64,000 nt of DNA from an uncultured Nitrososphaerota archaeon (lineage in GTDB: Archaea; Thermoproteota; Methanomethylicia; Culexarchaeales; Culexmicrobiaceae). Positions 47,803 to 59,588 of the stretch are shown in pieces (the first letter of the stretch is position 1; every line of letters starts with the position of its first letter). The stretch spans positions 132,910 through 196,909 of the forward strand of contig CAYWZQ010000001.1 in NCBI GenBank assembly GCA_964462875.1, written 5' to 3'. The notes under the pieces were generated by a model. The model was not told the DNA's origin. It searched no databases and saw nothing but the letters and a program-made list of their open reading frames with translations. Position numbers and translations under genes: made by a program.

Positions 47803-47951
47803 ACCAGCCTTGAACAGTGCTCTAACAATTGATTTTTCAATTAGAGCTCTAAAAAAAGTTGAATAACTCTACTGACACTTCAATCACCAAGTAACAGTAT
47901 TAGTTGAACTAAAATATTAATATCTTGGCAGTAAGCCATAATTAAGTTGGC

Positions 47952-49157
47952 ATGGTGAAAGTACTGAGGGGAAATGTTGCAGCATTAACTGCATCATGGA
48001 TCATATTTGGAATTGGAAGTTCCATTACAACCCCATACTACCCACTATACATTAAAGCGCTGGGTGGAAGCGACTTTCATGTAGCACTAGTGATTTCTGT
48101 TAGGAGAGTAGCTGAAATACCCCTAATAATTCCCGGGGGCTATTTGGCAGACATCATTGGCAGGAGAAAACTAATAGTGACTTTAACTTGGGCAATAGCA
48201 TTCATGTTCTTCATGTATGCACTCGCCCCAAGCTGGGAGGCACTAATATTGATCGGCATCATAGAATCCCTTCTACTACTCTACAGACCAGCCCTCCACG
48301 CAATTCTCATCGACTCTCTACCACCAGATGTAAGGGCTAAGGGAGTGCTTATTTCAACTATCATGCCGAACATTCCATGGCTAATTTTCCCACCCATAGG
48401 CGGATGGCTCGCCGACAAATACGGCATACTTGGATATCGCTATGCATACATAATTGCTGGCATAGCAGGTGTGGCAGCAGCAATTCTTCGAACAAAATTT
48501 CTAAGAGAAACACTTCCAAAGCATGAGAAGAAAGAGTCGATAGCTAAAATATTCATTAATTCATATAAAAATTCAATCAGCATGATTAAGAAATCAGATA
48601 GAAAGATAAAGTACCTAATCCTGGGCAGCATACTCATAAGTGGAATCACTGTCTCCACATACACATCCTATGCCGTAGTCTTTGCCAGCGAAGTTTTAGG
48701 AATAAGCAGGGAATTGTGGGGATGGTATAATGTTTTGGGAACCATCTCATCAACCATACTGTCACTATTAGTACTACCATTCATTGACTCAGCACCAAGA
48801 AGAGCCGTCATAGTGACCTCAAGTGCAATTTACACTAGTAGCATTTACCTCTTAACATCAGGAATGGGGCAGACAACAGTTTTACTATCAGTTGTACTCT
48901 CAACCCTTGCAAGCACACTATATCATCCAGCTTGGCAGGCCTACATAGGAGATATTGTGAAGAAAGAAGAGAGAGGAAGAATAAGTGCAATCATCTCAGT
49001 AGCCACGGTTCTAGGATTTTCATGGGCAAACCTTCTCATGGGCCATCTATACTCAGCGGATCCACTACTCGCATTTAAGATGGCATTAATAGTAGGGATA
49101 ATTGAAACACTATATTGGAGCCTAGTAATAAAAGAGCCCAAAGTGAGGTTAAATTAA
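47952..49157 (+). CDS. MFS transporter
   Basis: GGYLADIIGRRKL (motif A); about 12 TM helices. Confidence 0.9.
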   Translation: MVKVLRGNVAALTASWIIFGIGSSITTPYYPLYIKALGGSDFHVALVISVRRVAEIPLIIPGGYLADIIGRRKLIVTLTWAIAFMFFMYALAPSWEALILIGIIESLLLLYRPALHAILIDSLPPDVRAKGVLISTIMPNIPWLIFPPIGGWLADKYGILGYRYAYIIAGIAGVAAAILRTKFLRETLPKHEKKESIAKIFINSYKNSISMIKKSDRKIKYLILGSILISGITVSTYTSYAVVFASEVLGISRELWGWYNVLGTISSTILSLLVLPFIDSAPRRAVIVTSSAIYTSSIYLLTSGMGQTTVLLSVVLSTLASTLYHPAWQAYIGDIVKKEERGRISAIISVATVLGFSWANLLMGHLYSADPLLAFKMALIVGIIETLYWSLVIKEPKVRLN

Positions 49158-49170
49158 GTGCAGTTAAACC

Positions 49171-49584
49171 CTACTTTAATGGCACATACATGCTTGATCT
49201 AGTCGCCCTGAGGCCCGGCGCACCATGAACAACCCTCTTAGTCGTTATGGAAAACTCCCCAAGATAGTGGCCAATCATTTCAGGCGTTATCTTGATGGGA
49301 AGGAATTCCTTCCCATTATAAACATGAATTGTTAATCCAACCATTTCCGGTAGTATAATCATGTCCCTACAATGAGTCTTAATGACAACCTTCTCTCCCC
49401 TCGCAATTCTCTTCTTGGCTTCCCTAATCTTCTCTAAAAGCCTTCTCTGCTGAGGAGTTAAGCCCCTCTTTAAACTCCTCCTCTGCCTAGCTGGAAGTAG
49501 CTGGATGAACTGGTCCATAGGCATTTTTAATAGCTCTTCGAGAGTGAAGCCCCTATAGGTGAATTCCCTTGGCAATTCACTCAC
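49171..49584 (-). CDS. rps19p: 30S ribosomal protein uS19
   Basis: [24 protein letters not shown] and [11 protein letters not shown] motifs. Confidence 0.97.
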   Translation of the reverse strand: MSELPREFTYRGFTLEELLKMPMDQFIQLLPARQRRSLKRGLTPQQRRLLEKIREAKKRIARGEKVVIKTHCRDMIILPEMVGLTIHVYNGKEFLPIKITPEMIGHYLGEFSITTKRVVHGAPGLRATRSSMYVPLK

Positions 49585-49655
49585 CTTAATTTCTCTGGTG
49601 AAATGCTAACTATGCAACTTATAAATGTTACTTAGAATAGTTCCACTCAGAGATA

Positions 49656-50204
49656 ATGAAGTTTGAATTTGAAGTCAAAATCCCAGTTAAAGAATTGGAA
49701 AATTTGAGGAATAAGCTGGTAAGTATGGGAGCAAGAAAATTGGGCATATTTAAACAAGTAGACCTCTACTTCCAACATCCATGCAGAGACTTCAAATTAA
49801 CAGATGAAGTATTAAGGGTTAGAATGCAAAATGGAAGAACACTTCTAACATATAAGGGTCCTAGAATGAAGGGGAAGTCCAAGAGTAGACTTGAAATTCA
49901 AGTTGAAGTTTCAGATCAAAATAAAATAATATCAATTCTAAAGAGCCTAGGATTCAAGCTATCATATGAGCTAAGGAAAGTGAGGGAGCTCTGGGAAATA
50001 GGTGAAGTTAAGATAGGGCTAGACACAGTGGATAGACTAGGAAACTATGTGGAACTAGAAGTGATCAGCAATGACATTAATGAAGCAAATAGAAAGATAG
50101 ATGAGATAATAAGCAAGCTCGGCCTTGATGCAGGTAAGGTAACCGCCAAAACATATGTAGAATTGATTTTCGAGAAAATGGGAAAGCGCAAGTCAGCTAC
50201 ATAA
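49656..50204 (+). CDS. cyaB: CYTH-domain protein (CyaB/class IV adenylate cyclase-like triphosphatase)
   Basis: EFEVK (ExExK), QVDLYF, LRVR, LTYKGP and YVELE motifs. Confidence 0.88.
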   Translation: MKFEFEVKIPVKELENLRNKLVSMGARKLGIFKQVDLYFQHPCRDFKLTDEVLRVRMQNGRTLLTYKGPRMKGKSKSRLEIQVEVSDQNKIISILKSLGFKLSYELRKVRELWEIGEVKIGLDTVDRLGNYVELEVISNDINEANRKIDEIISKLGLDAGKVTAKTYVELIFEKMGKRKSAT

Positions 50205-50237
50205 ACGGGAAAGCCAATACATATATGAGGTGAGGTC

Positions 50238-51455
50238 TTGAATTTAATCGACGAAATATATGAGAGAATCCTCAATGCATCAAACGTACTGAAAAGCGTA
50301 GTTCACGAAACACCGCTTGATAAGTCAAGAACCTTCAGCCACTGGACAGGTAGCAAGGTATACTTGAAGCTTGAAAACCTGCAGAAAACTGGTTCATTTA
50401 AGGTTAGGGGAGCCTACTATAAGATACATAGATTACTCTCGACTGGACAAGTCAAGTGTGTGGTAGCAGTTTCAGCAGGAAATCATGCACAGGGAGTTGC
50501 ATGGGCTGCATCGAAGGCAGGCATAAGATCATTAATATTCATGCCAGAATTCGCGCCAGCAGCTAAGATAAATGCAACCAAAGGATATGGAGCTGAAGTA
50601 GTACTTCACGGTAGAACACTTGAAGACTCCTATGAGAAGGCCATGGCAATGGCTGAGAAAAGCGGATACGAATTCATTCACCCATTCAATGACATGGACG
50701 TTATCGCTGGTCAAGGAACCATTGGGCTAGAAATACTAAAGCAGCTGCCAAAGACTGATGCAGTTATAGTGCCAATTGGTGGGGGAGGATTAATTTCAGG
50801 AATCGCCATAGCAATAAAGCGTAGAAAGCCTACAGTAAAGATCTTTGGGGTAGAGGCTGAAGGAGCTGCATCGATGAAGAAGAGCATTGAAATAGGCAGA
50901 ATAATTAAGCTCGAAAAAGTCGATACCATAGCAGACGGCATAGCCGTGAAGAGCCCCGGAGAACTAACATTTCAAATAGTCAAAGAATACGTCGATGATA
51001 TAGTAACAGTAGATGACTTCGAAATTTCAACTGCAATATTCAAGCTACTGGAAAGAGCAAAGGTGGTAGCTGAGCCAGCAGGAGCAGCATCAATAGCAGC
51101 ATTGCTCTCAGGGAAAATTAAGATGGAGAATAAGAACGTGGTAGCAGTAATTTCAGGCGGAAATATTGATGCATCACTTCTAGCAACAATTCTGGAGAAG
51201 AACCTGATAACTGAGGGGAGGGTTATAAGATTGCTTGTTGAATTACCGGATAAACCCGGAACATTAAAGAGAGCACTAGGAGTAATTGCAGAAGCGAGGG
51301 CAAACATAATTGATGTTTCAATAGACAGGACATCACCAAAAATCAGGCCTGGAAGAGCAACAGTACTAATTAAGGCTGAAGTACAGCACCCAAGCTACAT
51401 CAACGAAATAGTAAATAACCTTAAAAAGATAAGTTATAGCTTAAGCATTCTATGA
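50238..51455 (+). CDS. ilvA: Threonine/serine ammonia-lyase with C-terminal ACT domain
   Basis: KLENLQKTGSFKVRGA, SAGNHAQG, PIGGGGL and LPDKPG motifs. Confidence 0.95.
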   Translation: MNLIDEIYERILNASNVLKSVVHETPLDKSRTFSHWTGSKVYLKLENLQKTGSFKVRGAYYKIHRLLSTGQVKCVVAVSAGNHAQGVAWAASKAGIRSLIFMPEFAPAAKINATKGYGAEVVLHGRTLEDSYEKAMAMAEKSGYEFIHPFNDMDVIAGQGTIGLEILKQLPKTDAVIVPIGGGGLISGIAIAIKRRKPTVKIFGVEAEGAASMKKSIEIGRIIKLEKVDTIADGIAVKSPGELTFQIVKEYVDDIVTVDDFEISTAIFKLLERAKVVAEPAGAASIAALLSGKIKMENKNVVAVISGGNIDASLLATILEKNLITEGRVIRLLVELPDKPGTLKRALGVIAEARANIIDVSIDRTSPKIRPGRATVLIKAEVQHPSYINEIVNNLKKISYSLSIL

Positions 51456-51473
51456 GCATGAGGTGACTATGTT

Positions 51474-51857
51474 ATGGTTAAGGAAGCCGTATTGACGGAT
51501 AAAGCTCCAAAACCAGTTGGACCATATAGCCAAGCAATCAAAGTCGGAAACTTCCTATTTATTTCAGGGCAAATACCAATTGACCCTAAAACAGGGAAAA
51601 TAGTTGAGGGGGGCATTAGAGAGCAGACCAAGAGAGTTCTAGACAACATTAAGGCGATACTAGAGGCAGCTGGATTTAGCTTAGACGATGTCGTCAAGGT
51701 ATTCGTATTCCTCAAAGACCTCTCACTCTTCACCGAATTCAACGAAGAGTACTCCAAGTACTTTAGGGAAAAACCGCCAGCTAGATCAACAGTAGCCTGC
51801 GAAATACCTAAGGGCGCACTACTAGAGGTCTCGGTCATAGCATATAAGGGTGAATAG
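51474..51857 (+). CDS. ridA: RidA/YjgF enamine-imine deaminase
   Basis: [13 protein letters not shown] and PARST motifs. Confidence 0.93.
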   Translation: MVKEAVLTDKAPKPVGPYSQAIKVGNFLFISGQIPIDPKTGKIVEGGIREQTKRVLDNIKAILEAAGFSLDDVVKVFVFLKDLSLFTEFNEEYSKYFREKPPARSTVACEIPKGALLEVSVIAYKGE

Positions 51858-52788
51858 ATTGACAAATAAGACGATCAAAACAATTCAGAGGTGGATAGCT
51901 GAAATCGATTATGATAGCATTACGCGTTTAATTAATAGAGCGCTTGAAGCAATTAGAGGTGATGAGCAAAGAGCAGCCAACCTAACAGCTGAAGGAGGAC
52001 TAGTGAAAATTAGGAGTAGGAAGGGGAGAATGCTGGTGATAGGAGATGTGCATGGAGACCTGGAAACCCTCATAAAAATACTGAAAAACGAGGATGCCAT
52101 TGAGAAGCTCGAGCAAGGCGACATGTACATAGTTTTCTTGGGAGACTACATAGATAGAGGACATGAATCACTCGAAGTAATGGCCTTAGTCCTAAACTTG
52201 AAGTGCAGCTACCCCGATAAGGTGGTTCTACTTAGGGGAAATCATGAGGGCCCGGATGATTTAATCGCGCATCCCCATACGTTCCCCTATGAACTAGCCT
52301 TGAAATTCGGAGGCAAAGCTCAAAGCCTATACTTAAAATTTAGGAAGCTATTTAACGCAATGCACCATGCAGCCATGACAAGTAACGGAATCATAATGCT
52401 ACATGGGGGAGTTCCAACAGAGGCGGAAAGCATAGATGATGTAATTAGGGCAAGAGAGCTCCATCCAGAAAAGCCCCATTTAACTGAAATTTTATGGAAT
52501 GATCCAGATGAAAGTGGAGTTAAGGGAGCCTATCCGTCACCGAGAGGAGCAGGAAAAATGTTTGGCATCGATTGCACCGAGAAGTTCTTGAAAATAGTTA
52601 ATGGGAAAATCCTGGTGCGAGGACATGAAGCAGCATTAAACGGTTACAAGATAAGCCATGAGGGAAGAATTGTAACCCTATTTTCCAGAATTGGACCACC
52701 ATATTGGAACTTGAAGGCAGCATACATAGTTTTTGATCTAGAAGATGAAGCGATAAGGGTGCGGGACTCCATAAAGCTAATTGAGTAA
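51850..52788 (+). CDS. PPP-family Ser/Thr protein phosphatase
   Basis: GDVHG, GDYIDRG, LRGNHE, HGG, LWNDP and RGHE motifs. Confidence 0.92.
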   Translation: MNRLTNKTIKTIQRWIAEIDYDSITRLINRALEAIRGDEQRAANLTAEGGLVKIRSRKGRMLVIGDVHGDLETLIKILKNEDAIEKLEQGDMYIVFLGDYIDRGHESLEVMALVLNLKCSYPDKVVLLRGNHEGPDDLIAHPHTFPYELALKFGGKAQSLYLKFRKLFNAMHHAAMTSNGIIMLHGGVPTEAESIDDVIRARELHPEKPHLTEILWNDPDESGVKGAYPSPRGAGKMFGIDCTEKFLKIVNGKILVRGHEAALNGYKISHEGRIVTLFSRIGPPYWNLKAAYIVFDLEDEAIRVRDSIKLIE

Positions 52789-52840
52789 ATAAAAGCAAAC
52801 TTTTTATAGCATGTATTTAAAGAGAGCTTAGCTTAAAATC

Positions 52841-53335
52841 ATGAAGAGAAGTGGAGTAGGGTGGAGTAAATTGCCCCGTTGGGGCTACTCAATAGTTGGC
52901 TTAGATCCGGATAGAACTGCAATAGCTAGTGGTAGGGATCTGCGTATTTCATATAAGGCTGCAGTCGAAATATGCGCATTCATTAAGGGTATGAAGCTCA
53001 CTGAAGCACAAAAATACCTTGAAGATGTGACTAGGAAGAAGAGGCCAATTCCATTTAAGAGATTTACTGGAAAAGCCGCTCACCATAGAGGAATAGAGGG
53101 ATGGCCAATAGTAAGATGGCCAGTTAAAGCTGCAAGGGAAATACTGAAGGTTTTAAAGAATGTGGAGGCAAATGCGGAGTATAAGGGATTAGACGTTGAG
53201 AAGCTAAGAATAATACACATAGTAGCTCATAAGGGTCCGAAACTCAGGAAATACATTCCCAGGGCATTTGGTAGAGCAACACCATATTTTGAACAGCTAG
53301 TTCATATTGAAGTTGCAGTAGCCGAGGAGGAGTGA
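52841..53335 (+). CDS. rpl22: 50S ribosomal protein uL22
   Basis: RWPVKAA, NAEYKGLD and PRAFGRA motifs; first gene of the cluster. Confidence 0.96.
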   Translation: MKRSGVGWSKLPRWGYSIVGLDPDRTAIASGRDLRISYKAAVEICAFIKGMKLTEAQKYLEDVTRKKRPIPFKRFTGKAAHHRGIEGWPIVRWPVKAAREILKVLKNVEANAEYKGLDVEKLRIIHIVAHKGPKLRKYIPRAFGRATPYFEQLVHIEVAVAEEE

Positions 53336-53982
53336 GCATGGTTAACGTTAAAAGGTACTTCATCATGGAAGGACTCAAGAGAATGGAAATAGACGAATAT
53401 TTGTCGGAAAGGCTTAGGAGAGCAGGCTATGCTGGCGTGGAAATTCAGAGAACACCATTGGGAACGAGAGTTACAATCTATGCTGAAAGACCGGGAATAG
53501 TTATTGGAAGAGGTGGAGTTAACATAAGAGAATTGGCTGAAATCCTCGAAAAGAGATTTGGAGTTGAAAACCCACAGATAGCAGTTGCCCAAGTTCAAGT
53601 ACCCGAGCTCAACGCCAAAATCATGGCTCTCAGAATTGCGAGGGCCATGGAGAGAGGCATGCACTTTAGAAGAGCTGCATTCATAGCATTGAGGCAAATA
53701 ATGGAGGCAGGGGCTAGGGGAGCTGAAATAATTATTAGTGGAAAGCTGAGGAGCGAAAGAGCAAGATATGAAAAGTTCAGGGCCGGCGAACTATTAAAGT
53801 CTGGCAAGCCCCATGAGGAGCTAGTCGACGAGGCAGTCACCTATGTAGCTCTAAAACCAGGAATATATGGTATAAAAGTGAGAATTATGCCTCCAGCTAA
53901 AACACCCGACGATATAGCGATAAAAGAAGCAGCACCCATGCCTTCAGAGGAGGGAGGAGGAGTTGCCAATACTGAGGGTTGA
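53332..53982 (+). CDS. rps3: 30S ribosomal protein uS3
   Basis: KH motif PGIVIGRGG; GARGAEIIISGKL. Confidence 0.97.
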   Translation: MSMVNVKRYFIMEGLKRMEIDEYLSERLRRAGYAGVEIQRTPLGTRVTIYAERPGIVIGRGGVNIRELAEILEKRFGVENPQIAVAQVQVPELNAKIMALRIARAMERGMHFRRAAFIALRQIMEAGARGAEIIISGKLRSERARYEKFRAGELLKSGKPHEELVDEAVTYVALKPGIYGIKVRIMPPAKTPDDIAIKEAAPMPSEEGGGVANTEG

Positions 53983-54184
53983 TGAAATAAGAAAGATGAG
54001 CCCAGAAGAGAGAATGAAGAAGCTATCAGAGCTGAGAGCAGAGCTCGCTAGGCTTAGAGCACTAGCAGCAAGTGGAGCGCCACTAGACAACCCCATGAAG
54101 ATAAGGGAAATAAGGAGAACCATAGCCAGAATACTGACCATTCAAAGGGAGGAGGAGCTTGGAATCAGGAGGAGTAGTAAATGA
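53963..54184 (+). CDS. rpl29: 50S ribosomal protein uL29
   Basis: NPMKIREIRRTIARILT; conserved position in the cluster. Confidence 0.95.
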   Translation: MPILRVDEIRKMSPEERMKKLSELRAELARLRALAASGAPLDNPMKIREIRRTIARILTIQREEELGIRRSSK

Positions 54185-54465
54185 AGATCACCCCCAAAAA
54201 TCTCGTGATGCACGAACTCATAGGCCTACACGTAAAGGTGAGCAGCAGTACGCATCCAGGATATATTGGTATTGAGGGAGTAGTGGTGGATGAAACCATG
54301 AAAACCCTTCACATACTTCATAAAGGCAGAGTGAAGATAGTCCCCAAAGCATGCTCAATATTCCACTTTACACTACCAGATGGAAGCATAGTTGAAGTTG
54401 ATGGGAAAGTAATTTTAGCGAGACCTGAAGATAGAGTAAAAAGAATTCCAAGAAGGAGGTGGTGA
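54181..54465 (+). CDS. rnp1: RNase P protein Rpp29/Pop4
   Basis: [16 protein letters not shown] and RPEDR motifs. Confidence 0.93.
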   Translation: MKITPKNLVMHELIGLHVKVSSSTHPGYIGIEGVVVDETMKTLHILHKGRVKIVPKACSIFHFTLPDGSIVEVDGKVILARPEDRVKRIPRRRW

Positions 54466-54466
54466 A

Positions 54467-54820
54467 GTGCCAGCTAGAAACATCGGAGTACCAGGAATCA
54501 AGCCACCGGAGAGAGAATGCAACGACCCGCTATGCCCATTTCACGGCCACATAAAGGTAAGGGGGAGAATAATTGAGGGAGTTGTCGTTAGTGCAAAAAT
54601 GCATAGAACGGTTATCGTGAGAAGAGACTACTTGCATTACGTACCCAAGTACAAGAGATATGAAAGGAGGAAATCCCGAATACCAGCACACAACCCGCCA
54701 TGCATAGATGCTAAGGAGGGGGATAAAGTTAAAATAATGGAGTGCAGACCACTAAGTAAGACTGTGTCATTCGTAGTAATAGCTAAAGTGGAGGAGAAGA
54801 AGGGTGGCGAAGAGAGGTAA
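54467..54820 (+). CDS. rps17: 30S ribosomal protein uS17
   Basis: CPFHG, KYKRYE and ECRPLSKT motifs. Confidence 0.96.
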   Translation: MPARNIGVPGIKPPERECNDPLCPFHGHIKVRGRIIEGVVVSAKMHRTVIVRRDYLHYVPKYKRYERRKSRIPAHNPPCIDAKEGDKVKIMECRPLSKTVSFVVIAKVEEKKGGEER

Positions 54821-55229
54821 AGGCGCAATAGGGGTCTCATATAGGCATGGAGTGAGCCCAGGATTACCCGTGGGAGCCTACGTAAAATGCGCTGATAATA
54901 GTGGAGCAAAAGTAGTCCAAATTATAGGTGTTGTTGGAGCAAAAACCAGACTTCGCAGACTACCCCAAGCAGCTGTAGGCGACATGGTTGTAGTGTCAGT
55001 TAAAGAGGGGACACCTGAAATGAGAAGACAAGTTTTAAGAGCAGTTGTCATTAGGCAGAGAAAGCCCTATAGGAGAATGGATGGTACATGGATTCAATTT
55101 GAAGACAATGCTGTAGTAATAGTGACACCTGAAGGTGATCCAAAGGGCACGGAAATAAGGGGGCCCGTAGCCAAGGAAGCAGCCGAGAGATGGCCAAGAA
55201 TAGCAGGGCTCGCAACAATGATAATTTAG
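54804..55229 (+). CDS. rpl14: 50S ribosomal protein uL14
   Basis: [15 protein letters not shown] and GPVAKE motifs. Confidence 0.97.
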   Translation: MAKRGKGAIGVSYRHGVSPGLPVGAYVKCADNSGAKVVQIIGVVGAKTRLRRLPQAAVGDMVVVSVKEGTPEMRRQVLRAVVIRQRKPYRRMDGTWIQFEDNAVVIVTPEGDPKGTEIRGPVAKEAAERWPRIAGLATMII

Positions 55230-55253
55230 CTTTAGTAATGAGGTGAACATGCC

Positions 55254-55643
55254 TTGAAAACCCTATTCTGGAAAACCAAGTCGAAGAAGCCGAAAAAGCA
55301 GAGAAAAGCACTATTCAGAGCCCCATTACATAAACGAAGAAAGGTTATGTCTGCACCCCTCTCACCAGAGCTGAGAGCAAAGTATGGAAGAAGATCATTC
55401 CCCATAAGAAAGGGGGACACAGTACTAGTAATGAGGGGGGACTACGCGGGATATGAAGGGAAAGTGGTTAAAGTAGACTTGAAAAAGTATAGGATTCATG
55501 TGGAGGGTATAACTAGGAGGAAAGCTGATGGAACGGTCATCTACATCCCAATACATCCATCCAAGGTGATGATAACCAAGCTCGACCTATCAGATCCAAG
55601 GCGTAGAGAAGCACTAGAGAGAAAGCTTGTGGAGGCGAAGTGA
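55254..55643 (+). CDS. rpl24: 50S ribosomal protein uL24
   Basis: KOW motif [17 protein letters not shown]. Confidence 0.96.
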   Translation: MKTLFWKTKSKKPKKQRKALFRAPLHKRRKVMSAPLSPELRAKYGRRSFPIRKGDTVLVMRGDYAGYEGKVVKVDLKKYRIHVEGITRRKADGTVIYIPIHPSKVMITKLDLSDPRRREALERKLVEAK

Positions 55644-56415
55644 GTTGGGTAGGAAGGGACCTAAAAGGCATTTGAAAAGGTTTCCAGCACCATCATTCTG
55701 GCCCATTGAGAGGAAAGCCTATAAGTTTACTGTGCGTCCTAGTCCAGGCCCCCATCCACTTGATAGGTGCATACCATTACTGGTAGTTGTAAGAGACATA
55801 TTGGGATATGCTGAAACTGCGAGGGAGGCAAAGAAGGTTATTAAGGAAAGGCAAATTAAGATTGATGGAGTACCGAGGACAGACCATAAGTTTCCGGTTG
55901 GATTAATGGATGTAATTGAAATACCAGCTGCAAACGAATATTACAGAGTTTTACCGCATCCTCAGAAGGGAATGATACTCCATCCAATTCCACCCGAAGA
56001 AGCCACATTTAAGCTCTGCAGGATAGAGAACAAGACAACTGTTAAGGGAGGACACATACAGCTAAACCTACATGATGGACGAAACCACTTGATCAGAGTA
56101 TCAGATCCAATGAAGCCTGTTGAAGATGTTTACAAGACACTCGATGTAATTAAACTAAGCATACCAGAGCAAGAAATTCTAGACCACATAAAGTTCGAGA
56201 AGGGAGTAATAGCCATAGTAATTGGAGGAAAAAACATCGGCTTAACTGGAAGAGTAGTCGAAATTGAAAAGCGATTCGGCAGGCATAGAAGTATAGTAAC
56301 ACTTGAAGCAGCAACAAAAGACCTATTCAAGACCAGTCTCGCATATGTCTTCCCAATAGGAGTTGATAAGCCATTAATATCACTTCCAAAGGAGGCGGGA
56401 TGGATTGAAAGCTGA
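55627..56415 (+). CDS. rps4e: 30S ribosomal protein eS4
   Basis: HLKR, PSPGPH, FPVGLMD and LHDGRN motifs. Confidence 0.97.
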   Translation: MWRRSELGRKGPKRHLKRFPAPSFWPIERKAYKFTVRPSPGPHPLDRCIPLLVVVRDILGYAETAREAKKVIKERQIKIDGVPRTDHKFPVGLMDVIEIPAANEYYRVLPHPQKGMILHPIPPEEATFKLCRIENKTTVKGGHIQLNLHDGRNHLIRVSDPMKPVEDVYKTLDVIKLSIPEQEILDHIKFEKGVIAIVIGGKNIGLTGRVVEIEKRFGRHRSIVTLEAATKDLFKTSLAYVFPIGVDKPLISLPKEAGWIES

Positions 56416-56980
56416 AGTAGAGGACATTAGAAGCGAAGAAATAAGCGGAGAATTGAAGCTGGAAAATCCCATGAGGCAAATTAGAATTGAAAAAGTAGTA
56501 GTAAACATGGGAGTTGGGCAATCAGGAGAGAAACTCGAAAAAGCCGTGAAAGTACTAGAAAGCCTAACAGGCCAAAAGCCCTCCAGAAGAAAAGCGAAAA
56601 AGACAATAAGAGAGTTCGGCATAAGGCGCGGAGAGAACATAGCATGCATGGTTACCCTTAGAAAGGAGAGAGCAATAGAGTTCCTACGCAAAGCACTAGT
56701 AGCCGTTGGTAATAGGATAAAGGCTGGAAGCTTCGATGAATATGGAAACTTCTCTTTTGGAATAAGGGAGCATATAGATATTCCCGGAACAAGATACGAC
56801 CCTGAAATAGGGATTTTCGGAATGGACATCTGCGTTTCATTTGAGAGGCCGGGTTATAGAGTTAAGAGAAGGAGAATTAAAAGAGCGAAAATCGGTAAGA
56901 ATCATAGGATTACTAGAGAAGAAGCTATGGAGTACATGAGAAAAGTATTTGGAGTAGAAATAATTGAGGAAGAAGAGTAG
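56405..56980 (+). CDS. rpl5: 50S ribosomal protein uL5
   Basis: NPMR, KVVVNMG, GNFSFGI and YDPEIGIFG motifs. Confidence 0.97.
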   Translation: MKAEVEDIRSEEISGELKLENPMRQIRIEKVVVNMGVGQSGEKLEKAVKVLESLTGQKPSRRKAKKTIREFGIRRGENIACMVTLRKERAIEFLRKALVAVGNRIKAGSFDEYGNFSFGIREHIDIPGTRYDPEIGIFGMDICVSFERPGYRVKRRRIKRAKIGKNHRITREEAMEYMRKVFGVEIIEEEE

Positions 56981-56991
56981 GTGGTGAATTA

Positions 56992-57156
56992 ATGGGAAAG
57001 TACAGGCCGCCAAAAGTTAGGAAATTCGGTAAGGGAGCAAGACCATGTAGAAGATGCGGATCCTATGGGCCAATAATTAGGAAGTATGGGCTAAACCTGT
57101 GCAGGCAGTGCTTTAGAGAAGTAGCGGAGAAAATTGGATTTAAAAAGTACATGTGA
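56992..57156 (+). CDS. rps14: 30S ribosomal protein uS14 (54 aa), not in ORF track
   Basis: [54 protein letters not shown]. Confidence 0.95.
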   Translation: MGKYRPPKVRKFGKGARPCRRCGSYGPIIRKYGLNLCRQCFREVAEKIGFKKYM

Positions 57157-57166
57157 GGTGGTCGAG

Positions 57167-57559
57167 TTGACAATGATGGACACGCTTGCAAATGCTCTAG
57201 CAACAATAATGAATAATGAAGTTAGAGGAAAAAGCGAATGCATAATAATGCCAGCATCAAAGCTAATAGCAAACGTGTTGAGAGTAATGCAAAGATATGG
57301 CTACATAGGTGAAATAGAGTATATAGATGATGGCAGGAGTGGAAAGATAAGAGTACAGCTATTGGGGAAAATAAATAGGTGCGGAGCAATAAAGCCGAGA
57401 TTCCCAGTAAAGCATAGGGAAATAGAGGAATGGGAAAAACAATACCTGCCAGCTAGAGACATAGGAATACTGATAATATCAACTTCAAAGGGCATAATGT
57501 CAAACAGAGAAGCTAAGCAGCAGAGAATTGGAGGAATATTATTGGCATACGTTTATTAA
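57167..57559 (+). CDS. rps8: 30S ribosomal protein uS8
   Basis: DTLANAL, GYIGE, STSKGIM and GGILLAYVY motifs; start moved to the in-frame TTG after rps14. Confidence 0.95.
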   Translation: MTMMDTLANALATIMNNEVRGKSECIIMPASKLIANVLRVMQRYGYIGEIEYIDDGRSGKIRVQLLGKINRCGAIKPRFPVKHREIEEWEKQYLPARDIGILIISTSKGIMSNREAKQQRIGGILLAYVY

Positions 57560-58121
57560 GGTGATGAAAATGCCCAAAGCATTTAAGGCACAAGCTGAAG
57601 TCGAAATCCCACCTGAAGTCGAAGTCAAAGTAGATGGTAAAAGAGTAGTCGTTAAGGGGCCAAAGGGAACTCTAGAAAGAGACTTTTCCCATGCGAGAAA
57701 TGTTTACTTGAAAATTGAAGATGGTAAAGTTATAATTGAATCCCTCTTCCCTAAGAAAAAGGATGAAGCTTTAGTTGGAACCCTGGCAGGCCATATAAAA
57801 AACATGATTAAAGGAGTAACTAAGGGATTTAGATATAAATTAAAAATCGTTTATGCTCACTTTCCAATCTCAGTTAAAGTTGAAGGAGATAAAGTTATAA
57901 TTGAAAACTTTCTTGGAGAGAAAGTTCCTCGAGTAGCCAAGATAGTTGGAGATGTTAAAGTCAAAGTTGAAGGTGATGATGTAATTGTTGAGGGAATAGA
58001 TATTGAGTCCGTAGGGCAGACAGCTGCAAATATTGAACTCGCAACGAAAATTAAGGACAAAGACCCTAGAGTCTTCCTCGACGGAATATACGTTTACTCA
58101 AGAGGAGTGATGGAAGAGTGA
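57528..58121 (+). CDS. rpl6: 50S ribosomal protein uL6; real start likely 57561-57570
   Basis: YAHFPI, NFLGE and [10 protein letters not shown] motifs. Confidence 0.96.
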   Translation: MEEYYWHTFIKVMKMPKAFKAQAEVEIPPEVEVKVDGKRVVVKGPKGTLERDFSHARNVYLKIEDGKVIIESLFPKKKDEALVGTLAGHIKNMIKGVTKGFRYKLKIVYAHFPISVKVEGDKVIIENFLGEKVPRVAKIVGDVKVKVEGDDVIVEGIDIESVGQTAANIELATKIKDKDPRVFLDGIYVYSRGVMEE

Positions 58122-58525
58122 GAGAGGAGCTTAAAGAGAGGCTACTCAAGCTAAGAATGAAATTGAAGAGGAGAAAGCCAGACTTCCTCAGGCCTTGGCA
58201 CTGGAGATTAAAGAGGCTGGGAACTGCGTGGAGGAGGCCGAAAGGACTGGACGATAAGCATAGATTGAAGCGCAAAGGATATCCACCACCAGTTGAGGTG
58301 GGGTATAGGGGGCCAAGAGCTGTTAGGGGATTACATCCATCAGGCTATGAAGAGAAAATAGTTTACAACATTCACGATTTGGAGGGACTTGACCCCAAAA
58401 CACATGCAATAAGAATAGCCCATACAGTTGGCAGGAGAAAGAGAGCAGAAATTGTTAGGAGAGCTAGGGAATTGGGGTTAAAAATATTAAATCCCGGCGA
58501 GTTTCTTAGAGAAGCTGAAGAATAG
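58118..58525 (+). CDS. rpl32e: 50S ribosomal protein eL32
   Basis: WRRPKG and RGLHPSG motifs. Confidence 0.95.
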   Translation: MREELKERLLKLRMKLKRRKPDFLRPWHWRLKRLGTAWRRPKGLDDKHRLKRKGYPPPVEVGYRGPRAVRGLHPSGYEEKIVYNIHDLEGLDPKTHAIRIAHTVGRRKRAEIVRRARELGLKILNPGEFLREAEE

Positions 58526-58531
58526 CGGGGA

Positions 58532-58990
58532 ATGATAGGCATGCCAATGACGCTGAGAACTGTGCGCAGGCTTGCAGCAGACATATTGAAAGTTGGGGAA
58601 AATAGGGTATGGATAGATCCAGAAAACCTGGACAGAGTAGCTGAGGTAATGACTAGAGAGGAAGTGAGAGCACTAATAAAGCAGGGAATAATTAGAGCTA
58701 AGCCAGTTAAAGGAATAAGCAGGGCCAGAATTAGGAAAAGGAAACTTCAGAAGAAGAGAGGAAGAAGAAGGGGGCCGGGAAGCAGGAAGGGGCCTGCAAT
58801 CGATAGGAAGAGACTTTGGATAATGAAAGTAAGAGCCCAAAGAAAATTTCTGAGACTCCTAAGGAAAAGGAGAATAATAACCAAAAGAGTTTACAGGAAG
58901 CTTTACATGATGGTTAAGGGCGGGGCATTTGACAGCGTATCCCAGTTGAAGGCATATATTAGGGAGCACGGACTGGCAAGGAGGAGATAG
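58532..58990 (+). CDS. rpl19e: 50S ribosomal protein eL19
   Basis: [15 protein letters not shown] and GSRKG motifs. Confidence 0.96.
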   Translation: MIGMPMTLRTVRRLAADILKVGENRVWIDPENLDRVAEVMTREEVRALIKQGIIRAKPVKGISRARIRKRKLQKKRGRRRGPGSRKGPAIDRKRLWIMKVRAQRKFLRLLRKRRIITKRVYRKLYMMVKGGAFDSVSQLKAYIREHGLARRR

Positions 58991-58991
58991 C

Positions 58992-59588
58992 ATGGCCAGG
59001 GGACCAAGATACAAGGTGCCATTTAGAAGAAGAAGAGAGGGCAAGACAAATTACAGAAAAAGATTGAAATTGATACTCTCAGGAAAGCCGAGGCTAGTTG
59101 CCAGAAAGACATTAAACCACATAATAGCTCAAGTAGTCGAAGCGAGAGTTGAGGGAGATCATGTATTAGTGGCAGCACACTCAAGCGAGCTTAGAAAGTT
59201 CGGTTGGCTAGCATCATGCGACAACACTCCAGCCGCCTACCTAACAGGCCTACTCGCAGGGTATAGGGCACTTAAAGCAGGAATAAAAGAAGCAATACTG
59301 GATATTGGACTTCACAGGCCAACCAGGGGAGCCAGAGTATTCGCAGTATTAAAGGGAGCTGTGGATGCAGGGCTCAAGGTACCTTATTCAGAAGAAATAC
59401 TTCCAAGCGAAGACAGAATTAGGGGAGAACATATAGCAAACTACGCCAAAATACTTAAAGATACGGATCCACTAAAGTACGAAAGACACTTCTCACAATA
59501 CCTGAAAAGGGGACTCTTACCGGAAGAACTTCCAAATCACTTTGAAATAGTTAGGGAGAAGATAACTAAGCTATTTAAGGAGGTATGA
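58992..59588 (+). CDS. rpl18: 50S ribosomal protein uL18
   Basis: [19 protein letters not shown] and RIRGEHI motifs. Confidence 0.96.
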   Translation: MARGPRYKVPFRRRREGKTNYRKRLKLILSGKPRLVARKTLNHIIAQVVEARVEGDHVLVAAHSSELRKFGWLASCDNTPAAYLTGLLAGYRALKAGIKEAILDIGLHRPTRGARVFAVLKGAVDAGLKVPYSEEILPSEDRIRGEHIANYAKILKDTDPLKYERHFSQYLKRGLLPEELPNHFEIVREKITKLFKEV

